The translations under genes and the position numbers were made by a program. Shown piece by piece: positions 48,413 to 58,800 of a DNA stretch of 64,000 nt. The notes under the pieces are model-generated. The model did not search any database, was not told the origin of the DNA, and worked only from the letters and a program-made list of their open reading frames with translations. This DNA is from Verrucomicrobiota bacterium. Lineage in GTDB: Bacteria; Verrucomicrobiota; Verrucomicrobiia; Verrucomicrobiales; DEV007. The stretch covers positions 16,298 through 80,297 of the forward strand of contig JASFYY010000048.1 of the NCBI GenBank assembly GCA_045046875.1, in the 5' to 3' direction. Position 1 is the first letter of the stretch. Every line of letters begins with the position of its first letter.

Positions 48413-49666
48413 ATGAAAAATAAAAAACAATTAGTGATCATCGACGGAGTGCGCACCGCTTTCTCAAAAATGGGCAGCTCGCTCGCCGCATTGGACGCCG
48501 TCGATCTCGGCACAGCGGTTATCACCAACCTGATCACCAAAACAGGAATCGATCCCGAGATCATCGACGAAACCATCTTCGGCTGCGTTTCCCAACCGGC
48601 CGAAGCCGCCAACATCGCACGTGTGATCGCTCTGCGAGCCGGCATTCCCAAAGAAGCCCCCGCTATGACGGTTCACCGCAACTGCGCCTCGGGTTTGGAA
48701 GCCATGACCACCGCCTCCGACCGCATGGCCGCCGGACACGGCGAAGTGTTCATCGTCGGCGGCACCGAGAGCATGAGCCGCATCCCGCTTTATTATTCCT
48801 ACCAGGCCGCAGGCAAGTTTGCCCAACTGGCTCGATCAAAAGGTGCCATGGCAAAGCTCTCCTCCATGGCCGCGTTTCGTCCCGCCGATTTCAAACCCAT
48901 TGTAGGCCTGATGATGGGACTGACCGACCCCGTCGCAGGTATGAACATGGGTCAAACCGCCGAACTGCTGGCGCGGGAATTCGACATCAGCCGCGAACAA
49001 CAGGATCAGTTCGCGCTCGACTCCCATCAAAAAGCCGAAGCCGCCGCCGAAGTTCTCAAAGAAGAAATGTGCCCGGTCTATAACGAAACCAGCAAAGAAG
49101 GTTTTGTGCTCGGTGACAATGGCGTGCGCAAAGGCCAGACCATCGAAGCACTGCAAAAGCTCAAGCCCATTTTCGAACGCAAAACCGGAACCGTCACCGC
49201 CGGCAACTCGTCGCAGATCACCGACGGCGCTGTCGCCCTACTGGTGATGACCGAAGAGCGCGCGCAGAAACTTGCTCTCAAACCCATCGGACGCCTAGTC
49301 GATCATGCCTACGCCGGCTGCGACCCCAAGCGTATGGGCCTCGGCCCCGCCTACGCCATTCAGCGCATGGTGGCCACCTGCAAACTCAAACCCAAAGACG
49401 CCGACGTGGTCGAGATCAATGAAGCTTTTGCCACCCAGGTGCTGGCGGTGGAAAAATTGTTGCGCGACATGAGATTAACCATCCCTCCCAAAACCCTGAA
49501 CCCCTTGGGAGGAGCGGTGGCGCTTGGACACCCGGTAGGAGCCAGTGGAGCCCGCCTGGTTTTAACCGCTTTAAAACAATTGCACAACAATGGAGGAAAA
49601 CGTGCTCTGATTTCCTTGTGCATTGGCGGAGGACAAGGCGGTGCCGCCTGGTTGGAAAAAGTATAA
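48413..49666 (+). CDS. Acetyl-CoA C-acyltransferase (thiolase, FadI-like)
   Basis: RNCASG, TAGNSSQITDGA, NEAF, GHPVGASG, CIGGGQG. Confidence 0.93.
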   Translation: MKNKKQLVIIDGVRTAFSKMGSSLAALDAVDLGTAVITNLITKTGIDPEIIDETIFGCVSQPAEAANIARVIALRAGIPKEAPAMTVHRNCASGLEAMTTASDRMAAGHGEVFIVGGTESMSRIPLYYSYQAAGKFAQLARSKGAMAKLSSMAAFRPADFKPIVGLMMGLTDPVAGMNMGQTAELLAREFDISREQQDQFALDSHQKAEAAAEVLKEEMCPVYNETSKEGFVLGDNGVRKGQTIEALQKLKPIFERKTGTVTAGNSSQITDGAVALLVMTEERAQKLALKPIGRLVDHAYAGCDPKRMGLGPAYAIQRMVATCKLKPKDADVVEINEAFATQVLAVEKLLRDMRLTIPPKTLNPLGGAVALGHPVGASGARLVLTALKQLHNNGGKRALISLCIGGGQGGAAWLEKV

Positions 49667-49679
49667 CCCAGATCGAAAT

Positions 49680-52600
49680 ATGAAAAAGATGCCCAAAAAG
49701 AAAACTGCTCGTAAAAAAGCTGCATCCCCGGTCAAAAAACCATCCCAGCTCATTCATCTGCAACACCGCGATGACCACATCGCGATATTGACCTTTGACC
49801 GCCCGCGCTCGTCCGCCAACATTTTTGACGCCGCTACCTTGGATCAACTCGACAGCTGCCTCGATGAAGTCCGCGACAAGTCCACCGCAAGCGGGTTGAT
49901 TCTCAACTCAGCCAAGGACTCGATTTTTGTCGCCGGTGCCGATCTCGACGCCCTGCAAAACGCATCCCCGGAAGAACTGCGTATTTTGATCAACAAAGGA
50001 CAGCAGGTTTTTCAAAAACTCGCCGACCTGAAAATCCCCACCGTCGCCGCCATCCACGGCGTCTGCCTGGGTGGAGGTTTGGAAGTCGCACTCGCTTGTG
50101 ACTGGCGCGTCGCCAGTCCTGATAAAAAAACCAAGATCGGCCTGCCAGAAACCCAACTCGGCATCCTGCCCGCCTGGGGCGGATCAAGCCGACTGCCGCG
50201 TTTGATTGGTCTGCCCAAAGCGATCCCGCTGATCACTGCCGGCAAAACCTTGTCTGCCGTGGCCGCTTACAAAAAGGGCATCATTGATGAGCTAGTGCCC
50301 AACGAACGTCTGCTCGAAATGGCCACCCGTTTGATTCATCGCGGCTTGCCTGAGCGAAAAAATTTCAGCCTGAGCAACAACCACCTGTCCGCCCCGTTGA
50401 TCGGACTGGTCGCACGGCGCAAAATCCTCGCCACCACCCGCGGCCACTACCCGGCACCTCTGGCAGCACTGCGAGTGATGACCCAGGGAGCTCCGGCCCC
50501 GCTCGACCACTCGCTCGAACGTGAATGTGACGAAGTACTCAAACTCGCCCAAGGCCCGGTAGCCAAAAATTTGATGCGCGTCTTCCAACTTCAGGAACAC
50601 TCACGCAAATTGCGTTATTTGCCCAAATCAGCGGCCGACCCAAAAACCCAGATTCATCAAACGGCCGTCATCGGTGCGGGAGTCATGGGTTCGGGTATCG
50701 CCCACTGGCTCAGCACCCGCTCCCACCCCGTCATCCTGCAGGACATCAGCGAAACCCAGATCGCCTCAGGCATGCGCTCGATTTCCAAACTGTTCAGTGA
50801 TGCGGTGAAACGCAGAATCCTCACCGGACTGGAAGCCAAACAAGCCCGCGACCGGATCCACCCTTCTTCTTCACCTGTTCCTCTCGACGATGTGGAACTG
50901 GTGATCGAAGCGGCTACCGAGAATATTGAGATCAAAAAGAAAATATTCCAGGATCTCTGCCAACGCACCGGCCCCCATACCATCCTCGCCACCAATACCT
51001 CGGCGCTGCCTATTTCCGAACTGATCAACGATCCCAAGATCACCCACCCCGAACGAATCCTCGGGCTGCACTTTTTCAACCCCGTACACCGGATGAAATT
51101 GGTGGAAGTGGTGGTACCGGAAAGCACTGATCGCAATCACGTCGAGGTCTGTTTGAAATTTCTCCGCGGCATTGGTAAACTGCCGGTGGTGGTGAAAGAC
51201 AGCCCTGGGTTTTTGGTCAATCGCATCCTACTGCCTTATTTGATCGAAGCCGGTCGCCTGTATGATTCGGGCGTGGACGCTCGGGACATCGACCGGGCAA
51301 TGCTCGCTTTTGGCATGCCGATGGGACCGCTCCGCTTGTTGGATGAAATTGGCCTCGATGTAGGACTGCACGTGGCGGGCACTTTGGAAACCGCTTTCGG
51401 CAAACGTTTCGAAATCCCCGGCATCCTCAGACGCATGGTTGATTGTGGCAATCTAGGGCGCAAGTCCGGGGGTGGTTTTTACCGCTACGACGGAGCATCC
51501 TCCGGCAACAATGAAGCCAACCCCGCAGCGCTCGAATGCCGTCGCAGCGGCAGCGAACGTGAACTGAGCCAACAGGCTATTCAAAATCGCCTGGCGTTAT
51601 TGATGGCTAACGAGTCCTGGCGATGCCTGGAGGAAAAAGTCGCACAAAGTGCTGATGATATTGATTTTGCAATGATCATGGGAACCGGTTTTGCTCCGTT
51701 CCGAGGCGGTCCCATGACCTGGCTGCACGATTTTGGCCCTGGCAATGCCTGTGCTATTCTCGACCAACTGACAGGCAGCGAAGGCGAACGTTTTCTGCCC
51801 GCCGATTCACTGCGCAAAGCTTCACAAATTCCAGCACAAACACCGGAAAAAACCAGCCCAAGTCCTTCCAAATCAACTAAGACCGATTCCGAGGAAGACC
51901 TTACCCCACCCATCACAAACGAAAAAACTCCGCAAAACCAACACAGCGGCTCCAAAGTGATCGACACCTCGAAAATGTCCCCTGCGGAACGAGCGGCACT
52001 GGAATTAACCGAAGCGGCCAGAGACAAAGTCACCGGCCCTCGCAGTTTTTCTGCTTCGCTGTTCATGGGCGAAGCCAACATGGATGCCATCATCCCCTTC
52101 CCTCTTCCCAAACAGGAAGAAGAAAAACGCTCGGAAGAATTTCTTGCTGATTTGCAAAAATTCCTCGATGAAAAAGTAGATGCCGACCGCATCGACAAAA
52201 GCGGTGAGATCCCTGCGCCCGTGATCAATGGCCTGGCGAAAATGGGGGCTTTTGGAATCAAAATCCCCCAGGAATATGGCGGCCTCGGCCTACCACAAAC
52301 CACCTACTCCCGCGCCGCCATGTTGCTCGGTGCCAAATGCGGCAGTCTGACCGCACTGGTATCCGCCCATCAGTCAATCGGAGTTCCCCAACCGCTGATC
52401 CTCTTTGGCACGGAAAAACAAAAACAAAAATACCTGCCGCGCTGTGCCGGCGGTGAAATTTCTGCTTTTGCTCTCACCGAACCCGATGTCGGATCAGATC
52501 CCGCCAAAATGGGCACCACCGCCACACCGAGCAAAAACGGCAAAAACTTTGTCATCAATGGAAAAAAACTATGGTGCACCAATCTGCATAAAGCCGGGCT

Positions 52601-53801
52601 GATCGTCGTGATGGCCAAAACCCCGCCTCCCGAAGGCGCTCCGCCCTCGGCTCGATCGATCACCGCTTTCATCGTCGAGATGGACAGCCCCGGCATCGAG
52701 ATCACCCACCGCTGCCGCTTCATGGGTCTGAAAGCTCTTTATAATGGGGTGGTCACTTTCAAAAACGTGCGTGTGCCGACTGAAAACATCATTCTCGGTG
52801 AAGGGCGCGGATTGAAAGTCGCCCTAACCACATTAAACACCGGACGCATCACCCTACCCGCCGCTTGTGTCGGACTGGCCAAGGAATGTCTCAGGATTTC
52901 CACCGAGTGGGCTGCGGAACGGGTGCAATGGGGCTCTCCTATTGGCAAACACGACGCCATCGCACAAAAGCTCGCCAAGATGGCCGCCGAAACTTTTGCG
53001 ATGGAATCGATCGTGCTCTACACCTCCGGCCTGGTCGATCGTGACAAAAAGGCCGATATCCGCATCGAAGCCGCTTTCGGAAAACTGTGGGGCAGCGAAC
53101 GCGGGTGGGACATCGCCACGGAAACCATGCAAATCCGCGGAGGCCGCGGATACGAAACTTCCGAGTCGCTCAAGTCCCGCGGCGAAGAAGGCATTCCGGT
53201 CGAACGTTTCCTACGCGACAGCCGCATCAATACCATCTTCGAAGGATCGAGCGAGATTATGCGCCTCTTCATCGCCCGTGAAGCCCTCGATCCACATCTC
53301 AACGTCGGCGGTGCGGTGCTCAACAGCACCCTGCCGAACAAAGTGCGTTTCGAAGCATTACTGAACGCGGCCAAATTCTACGCTTGGTGGTATCCCTTGC
53401 AATGGGTGCCCGCCTTGTTCGGCACTTGTGGCTGTCAGGGGAAAATGCACCCTGGACTCAATCGTGAGATTCGTAAAGTGCGTGCCAATAGTCGTAAACT
53501 CGCGCGTAAACTCTTTCACGCCATGATCATCAACGGTCCCAAGCTGGAGAAAAAACAAAGCCAACTCGGACGTTTTGTCGACATCGGCTCGGAACTGTTC
53601 GCGATCACCGCGACTTGTTCCCGCGCCCAGCAACTGCTCGATCACGACGATACCGAGAACAAAGAGGAACTGTTAGCCATGGTCGAATATTTCTGCCAAC
53701 TCACCCGCCAGAAAATCGACCGCCTGTTCCGCGATCTGTCGCAGAACTCGGATAACCAGGGTTATCAAGTGGCTAAACGCCTGTTGGAAAAAGAAAAATA
53801 A
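49680..53801 (+). CDS. Fusion of enoyl-CoA hydratase/3-hydroxyacyl-CoA dehydrogenase (FadJ-like) and acyl-CoA dehydrogenase
   Basis: AGAD, GGGLE, PETQLG; GAGVMG, HFFNP, GFLVNR; S/T/P/K-rich linker; ALTEPDVGSD, GGRGYE, IFEGSSEI. Confidence 0.9.
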   Translation: MKKMPKKKTARKKAASPVKKPSQLIHLQHRDDHIAILTFDRPRSSANIFDAATLDQLDSCLDEVRDKSTASGLILNSAKDSIFVAGADLDALQNASPEELRILINKGQQVFQKLADLKIPTVAAIHGVCLGGGLEVALACDWRVASPDKKTKIGLPETQLGILPAWGGSSRLPRLIGLPKAIPLITAGKTLSAVAAYKKGIIDELVPNERLLEMATRLIHRGLPERKNFSLSNNHLSAPLIGLVARRKILATTRGHYPAPLAALRVMTQGAPAPLDHSLERECDEVLKLAQGPVAKNLMRVFQLQEHSRKLRYLPKSAADPKTQIHQTAVIGAGVMGSGIAHWLSTRSHPVILQDISETQIASGMRSISKLFSDAVKRRILTGLEAKQARDRIHPSSSPVPLDDVELVIEAATENIEIKKKIFQDLCQRTGPHTILATNTSALPISELINDPKITHPERILGLHFFNPVHRMKLVEVVVPESTDRNHVEVCLKFLRGIGKLPVVVKDSPGFLVNRILLPYLIEAGRLYDSGVDARDIDRAMLAFGMPMGPLRLLDEIGLDVGLHVAGTLETAFGKRFEIPGILRRMVDCGNLGRKSGGGFYRYDGASSGNNEANPAALECRRSGSERELSQQAIQNRLALLMANESWRCLEEKVAQSADDIDFAMIMGTGFAPFRGGPMTWLHDFGPGNACAILDQLTGSEGERFLPADSLRKASQIPAQTPEKTSPSPSKSTKTDSEEDLTPPITNEKTPQNQHSGSKVIDTSKMSPAERAALELTEAARDKVTGPRSFSASLFMGEANMDAIIPFPLPKQEEEKRSEEFLADLQKFLDEKVDADRIDKSGEIPAPVINGLAKMGAFGIKIPQEYGGLGLPQTTYSRAAMLLGAKCGSLTALVSAHQSIGVPQPLILFGTEKQKQKYLPRCAGGEISAFALTEPDVGSDPAKMGTTATPSKNGKNFVINGKKLWCTNLHKAGLIVVMAKTPPPEGAPPSARSITAFIVEMDSPGIEITHRCRFMGLKALYNGVVTFKNVRVPTENIILGEGRGLKVALTTLNTGRITLPAACVGLAKECLRISTEWAAERVQWGSPIGKHDAIAQKLAKMAAETFAMESIVLYTSGLVDRDKKADIRIEAAFGKLWGSERGWDIATETMQIRGGRGYETSESLKSRGEEGIPVERFLRDSRINTIFEGSSEIMRLFIAREALDPHLNVGGAVLNSTLPNKVRFEALLNAAKFYAWWYPLQWVPALFGTCGCQGKMHPGLNREIRKVRANSRKLARKLFHAMIINGPKLEKKQSQLGRFVDIGSELFAITATCSRAQQLLDHDDTENKEELLAMVEYFCQLTRQKIDRLFRDLSQNSDNQGYQVAKRLLEKEK

Positions 53802-53879
53802 AAAACTCCCCATTTTTCCCGCTTACGGCTTGACCTCCGCCCCCATGATCCCGATGCTCGCAGCAGTTCCCACTCTCCA

Positions 53880-54935
53880 ATGAATCTGCGCGACCAACTC
53901 AAAACCATTCTGCCCGACATTTTGCCGGCCACTCCTGTTGATTCGATCAAAGGCACCGAGCTGATCGAGTTGGTCAAATACCGGCTTCACCAGAACTACA
54001 GTGACGCCACCTTGCGTTATCACTTCTCCATCATGTCCTGCGACCCCTCGTCGCCGATCGCAAAGGTTGAGCAGGGTCAGGGTTATTATTTACGCACCAC
54101 CACCATTCACTCCTTGCACAGCGCAAGAAACCTCATCACTCCCAGCCAGGGTTTGCTGGGGGAAAAACTGGCGCTCAGTGATAACGACGTCGACATCTCG
54201 ATGTCCCGCGCCAACAAGTTCCGCGCGATTTTTCAACGTCACTGTGAAGCCCGCGCCCATTTCCCCTTCATCTTCGAACGCTCCTTTTCCGACTCGGAAG
54301 CCGGAGCCAATCGCTGGCGTTACCCGGATGCGGCCATCGTGCAATGGATGGTTGGCGACGTGGATGATGAACAGGGTTTTGTGCTCGACGACCAGCAATT
54401 AGAAGTCCAACGAATGATCGGCAGCGCCCCTTTCCGTGTCACCAGCGTGAAACTGAAACTCGAACTCAGTTATTCGACCCTGCGTGAAGACCTGTTCCAG
54501 TGCCTAAGCACTTCCGACTGGGCCGACTCCGCGGATTTGATCGTAGCAGCTCCCATCGATGACGAGCAAATGATCGAAGACATCCGCTCTTTTGCCAATA
54601 CCTATGGCATCGGGGTATCCACCTTCGGCATGGAAGCCGACGCGCTCGATGATATGCCCGAGCCGGCCACTATTCACAATTTCCTCACCCGCGAATTCGA
54701 AGCGATCCAATCGCTGTTCACCTATCGCCGCATCACCATGCCGCGGGACAAAAAGAATTTCGATTGGCAGAAAATCCGGGAGCACCGTAACGATAACCCC
54801 GACTTTTCCCGCTTCGAAAAATGGATTTCCCGCTGCCTGGTTGACAAAAAAGCCTACAGCATCAACGAATTCATCAACCTGTCTCCATGCGACGACTCTT
54901 CAGACTCCGGGAAAGAAGCGGAGTCGGCTGCGTAG
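53880..54935 (+). CDS. Hypothetical protein, HrgA/COG2958-like (N-terminal HTH-like part plus nuclease-like fold)
   Basis: NRWRYPD, SVKLKLEL, LREDLFQCLSTSDWAD, YGIGV, FDW resemble HrgA-family motifs as I recall them. Confidence 0.55.
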   Translation: MNLRDQLKTILPDILPATPVDSIKGTELIELVKYRLHQNYSDATLRYHFSIMSCDPSSPIAKVEQGQGYYLRTTTIHSLHSARNLITPSQGLLGEKLALSDNDVDISMSRANKFRAIFQRHCEARAHFPFIFERSFSDSEAGANRWRYPDAAIVQWMVGDVDDEQGFVLDDQQLEVQRMIGSAPFRVTSVKLKLELSYSTLREDLFQCLSTSDWADSADLIVAAPIDDEQMIEDIRSFANTYGIGVSTFGMEADALDDMPEPATIHNFLTREFEAIQSLFTYRRITMPRDKKNFDWQKIREHRNDNPDFSRFEKWISRCLVDKKAYSINEFINLSPCDDSSDSGKEAESAA

Positions 54936-54999
54936 AGTCGAACGGCGATTCTGTTTTTTTCAGCTTACCAGTGCCCCCTTTCCAGCGTAAGTTGTCCCC

Positions 55000-55797
55000 G
55001 TGCCGGCCCTTTCCAACATCTGCATCCAACTGATCGAAGACAGCTTGCATGAGCTCGATCAAGCCCGTGCCTTGGAAAACGAAAAAGTGGTGCATCAACT
55101 GCGCGTGCTGACCAAACGCTTGCGTGCTGCCTGGCATTTAGCTCAACCCGTATGCGGTAAAAATCTTGCCCAACAACGCCGCAAGGCCCTGGCTGAAATC
55201 TCTGCTCAACTTGCAGCTTCGCGCGATCAATCCGTACAATTAACGCTGGCGGAGAAATTCCACCAAGCACATCCGCAAATTTCCGAAAAAACACTGGCCG
55301 CTTTATTCGAAGCTGCCACGCCGGACAAACAAGCTGCACACACTCCTTCTGTCGCAGATACAAAAAACGTTTTTGCCAGCGAAATCGATGCCTGGAAAGA
55401 AATCCAACTCGGTGACAAAGAGCGTTCCATCCTGCGTCACCGTTGGCGGCACAGCTTGAAAAAAGCTCGCTCCCTGGCTAAAAAAACCTGCCAATCCAGC
55501 TCGGCTGACCGCTGGCACGACTGGCGCAAAGCCGTCAAACGTCTGCGTTATCAGCGTGAATTCCTGGCAATGATCCATCCACGCATTCTAGGCAAACGCG
55601 ATCTGCGTATCCGCCAACTCGGCACTCGCCTCGGAGACCACAACGATTTGGCCATTTTCACCAAACGCCTCACCCCAAGCGCCATGGCGGCAATGGAAAC
55701 TGCCGAGCTGAACCAGCTCAAAAAAGCTCTCGCCATGGAAGACCGGAAGATCAAAGGAAACTGCCGCCGTCTGGGCAGGAAATTGTTTGATCAATAA
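55000..55797 (+). CDS. CHAD domain protein
   Basis: VHQLRVLTKRLRA, RD, WHDWRKAVKRLRYQ, LGDHND. Confidence 0.88.
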   Translation: MPALSNICIQLIEDSLHELDQARALENEKVVHQLRVLTKRLRAAWHLAQPVCGKNLAQQRRKALAEISAQLAASRDQSVQLTLAEKFHQAHPQISEKTLAALFEAATPDKQAAHTPSVADTKNVFASEIDAWKEIQLGDKERSILRHRWRHSLKKARSLAKKTCQSSSADRWHDWRKAVKRLRYQREFLAMIHPRILGKRDLRIRQLGTRLGDHNDLAIFTKRLTPSAMAAMETAELNQLKKALAMEDRKIKGNCRRLGRKLFDQ

Positions 55798-55871
55798 GCT
55801 GTTTCTCTCACGCAATAGCGCCCCGCTCTTCATTTGACGACAGCCCGCCCCGCCTCCATCTTTGGCGCTCC

Positions 55872-58800
55872 ATGAAATCTCGTTTTTTCCTTACCGGCCT
55901 TTCCTTATTTACCTCTCTGACCTTCGGCCTACAGCTTGCCGAGGCCGTGCCTTCCGGCACCGCCCCGGATAAAGCCAAAGGCAAAACCTCCCCCAAAAGC
56001 AAGGCGGTGATCGAAAACGAAGCCAAGCTGCGCATCGCCAACTTTGAAACTCCCGAAGGCTTTGTCACCAAACTGTTCGCCGATGAATCCCAGACCCAGA
56101 ATTCGTCTGCCATTTGTTTCGACAGCAAAGGCCGCCTCTACATTGCCGAACTGCCTCGCTGGAAACAAGGTGTCGAAGACATCCGCGACAACCAGGACAT
56201 GCTGTTCGAAGACAACGCCATCCAAAGCAGCGCGGATCGCCTGGAGATGTATAAAAACCACGCCGACCGCCGGCCACTTTCCCACTACAATACCGTCGGC
56301 GAACGCATCGTGATCGTCGAAGACACGAATCAGGATGGCAGAGCAGATAAACATTGGATCTTTGCCGATGATTTTAAAGATGCGCTCGACGGCCCCGGTA
56401 TCGGTTTACTCGATTTGGGCAAAGGCAAGATGCTCTACACCAACATCCCTCACCTGTGGTTATTAGAAGACAAAGATGGGGACGGCAAAGTGGATCAGCG
56501 AACTTCGTTGCAAGATGGTTTTGGCATCCGCATGAGTTATTCCGGTCACGATCTGCATGGACTCGTGCGCGGCCCCGATGGCCGGATCTATTTTTCTCTC
56601 GGCGACCGTGGTTATTCGTTCACCACCAAAGAAGGCCGCACTTACCATGATCCCGCCCGTGGTGCGGTGTTCCGTTGCGATCCCGACGGATCCAATCTCG
56701 AAGAATACTACCGCGGCCTTCGCAATCCACAGGAATTAGCCTTTGACCAATTTGGCAACCTGTTCACTTGCGACAATAACGGTGACCAATGGGACAAAGG
56801 TCGTTTGGTTTACATCCTCGAAGGTGGTGACTCCGGTTGGACCGCCGGCCACCAGAGCATTCTGAATTTTCACCAGCAACTCAAGTTGCGCACTCAAACC
56901 TACGCTCACCCCGATCGCAAACGCATTCCGATGACCTCATGGTTGACCGAATCGCTGTGGGAACCTCAGCACCAAGGACAGCCCGCCTGGATTCTCCCCC
57001 CCATCGATACTATCTCCTGGGGGCCCTCCGGTTTTGTTTTCAACTACGGCGGCACCGCCTTCCCCGAACGTTACAAAAATCACTTTTTTATCTGCAACTT
57101 CGGCGGATCTCGTGCGGACATCGAAACCTTCGGCATTGAAAGCAATGGTGCAGGATTCAAGTCCACCGATCACCACATCTTCATGAAAGCCATGGGGCTG
57201 ACCGATATCGAATTCGGCCCGGATGGCCAAATGTATATGAGCTGTTTCAACAACAACGGCTGGAGCAAACAGAACGTTGGAAATGTTTACACCCTCGCCA
57301 ATGAAAAACTGCTGAAAAGCCCCGTGGTTCTCGAAACCAAAAAACTCCTGCTCAGCCCCTTCGATGACCGCTCAAATACCGACCTCGATCAGCTGCTCTC
57401 CCACCCCGACATGAGGGTGCGCCAAAAAGCACAATTTGCCTTGGTCGAAAAAAACCAAGCTGCCGCCACCGAATTACTCAAAACCGCCGCAGTCAAAAAA
57501 AACAACCCTCTGCTCAAACGCTTGCATGGTATCTGGGGACTCGGACAGCTCAGTCGAAACCACAGCGAATTATTAAGCACTCTTATTTTACTGCTCAAAG
57601 ACGAACAAGTGAAGGTGCGCACCCAGGCGGCCAAAGTGCTCGCCGATTCTCGCAACCTCGAAGCGGGAGACGCCCTGCTCGCCGCCCTCGATGATCCCTC
57701 AGCTCAAGTTCAGGCTCAGGCCGCCATCGGCGTTGGGAAATGCAACAACGTTCAAGCGCTGGACAAACTCTTCGAGACCCTCACTGAAAATGACAACCAG
57801 GACGTCTTCCTTCGTCACGCTTGCGTGATGGGTTTGTGGTATCTGAATCAGAAGGAAAAAATGCTCAAAAAGATAGATGATGAGTCACCCGCCCTACGCC
57901 TCGGCCTGCTACTAACCCTACGTCGCTTGAAAGATCCCCGGGTGAAATATTTCCTGAGCGACTCCGATCCCAAAATTGTCGGTGCCGCCATCCGTGCGAT
58001 CAATGATGAAAACCTGGAACACGCCCTGCCCGCTCTCGCCAAACATCTCGAAAAATACATCGGACTGGGGGATGGCACCTCTCTGCCCAAAGATCATCGT
58101 GATTTCATTCAACAAACCCGCTTGATCAACGCCAATTTCCGCCTCGGAAAAAATGAACACGCCAAACGCCTGCTCGACTACGCCGCCAATGACCGTTTGC
58201 CCGAATTTGTGCGCCTTGAAGCCCTCAACGCCATAGCGGAATGGCCTCATCCAAACGTCATCGACTCCACACTCGGCATTTTCCGCCCCCTGGATATCAA
58301 AACTCGCGACGACATCAGTAAAACGGTGCAAGCAGGTTTGCCTGCTATTCTTAAAGTCGCCCAAAATAGCCTGCTCGCCGCCGCCACCAAGCTCGCCGGA
58401 CAGTATCAATTTGAAATCTCCGCCCCCCTGCTGATCCAGCAACTGGGCAACGCGCAAACCGATACCGCACTGCGCATCATCTGCCTGCAACAACTGACGC
58501 AACGCAAGGCTGCCGAATTGAACCCTTTGTTTGCTCAAATACTGAACGACAAAAATCCTCTGATCCGCAAAGAAGCCCATGCCGCTCTCTTGCAAATCGA
58601 TCCCGCACGCGGCACCGATGAAACTCTCAAACTCGCCCAGTCTAAAAACCTGCAAGATCGACAGAATGCCTACTCTTTGTTAAGCGCGATCAACTCTCCG
58701 AAAGTAACCAGCCTGTTCACTCAACGACTCAATGACTTGCTCAACAAACAAGAGCCTGCAGGTAGCCGTCTCGACTTGATCGAAGCGGCCGCAAAATTCA

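Noticed and set aside
35641..55797. ppk1 and CHAD as a polyphosphate gene cluster
   Set aside because: Functionally related but 17 kb apart with unrelated genes between them
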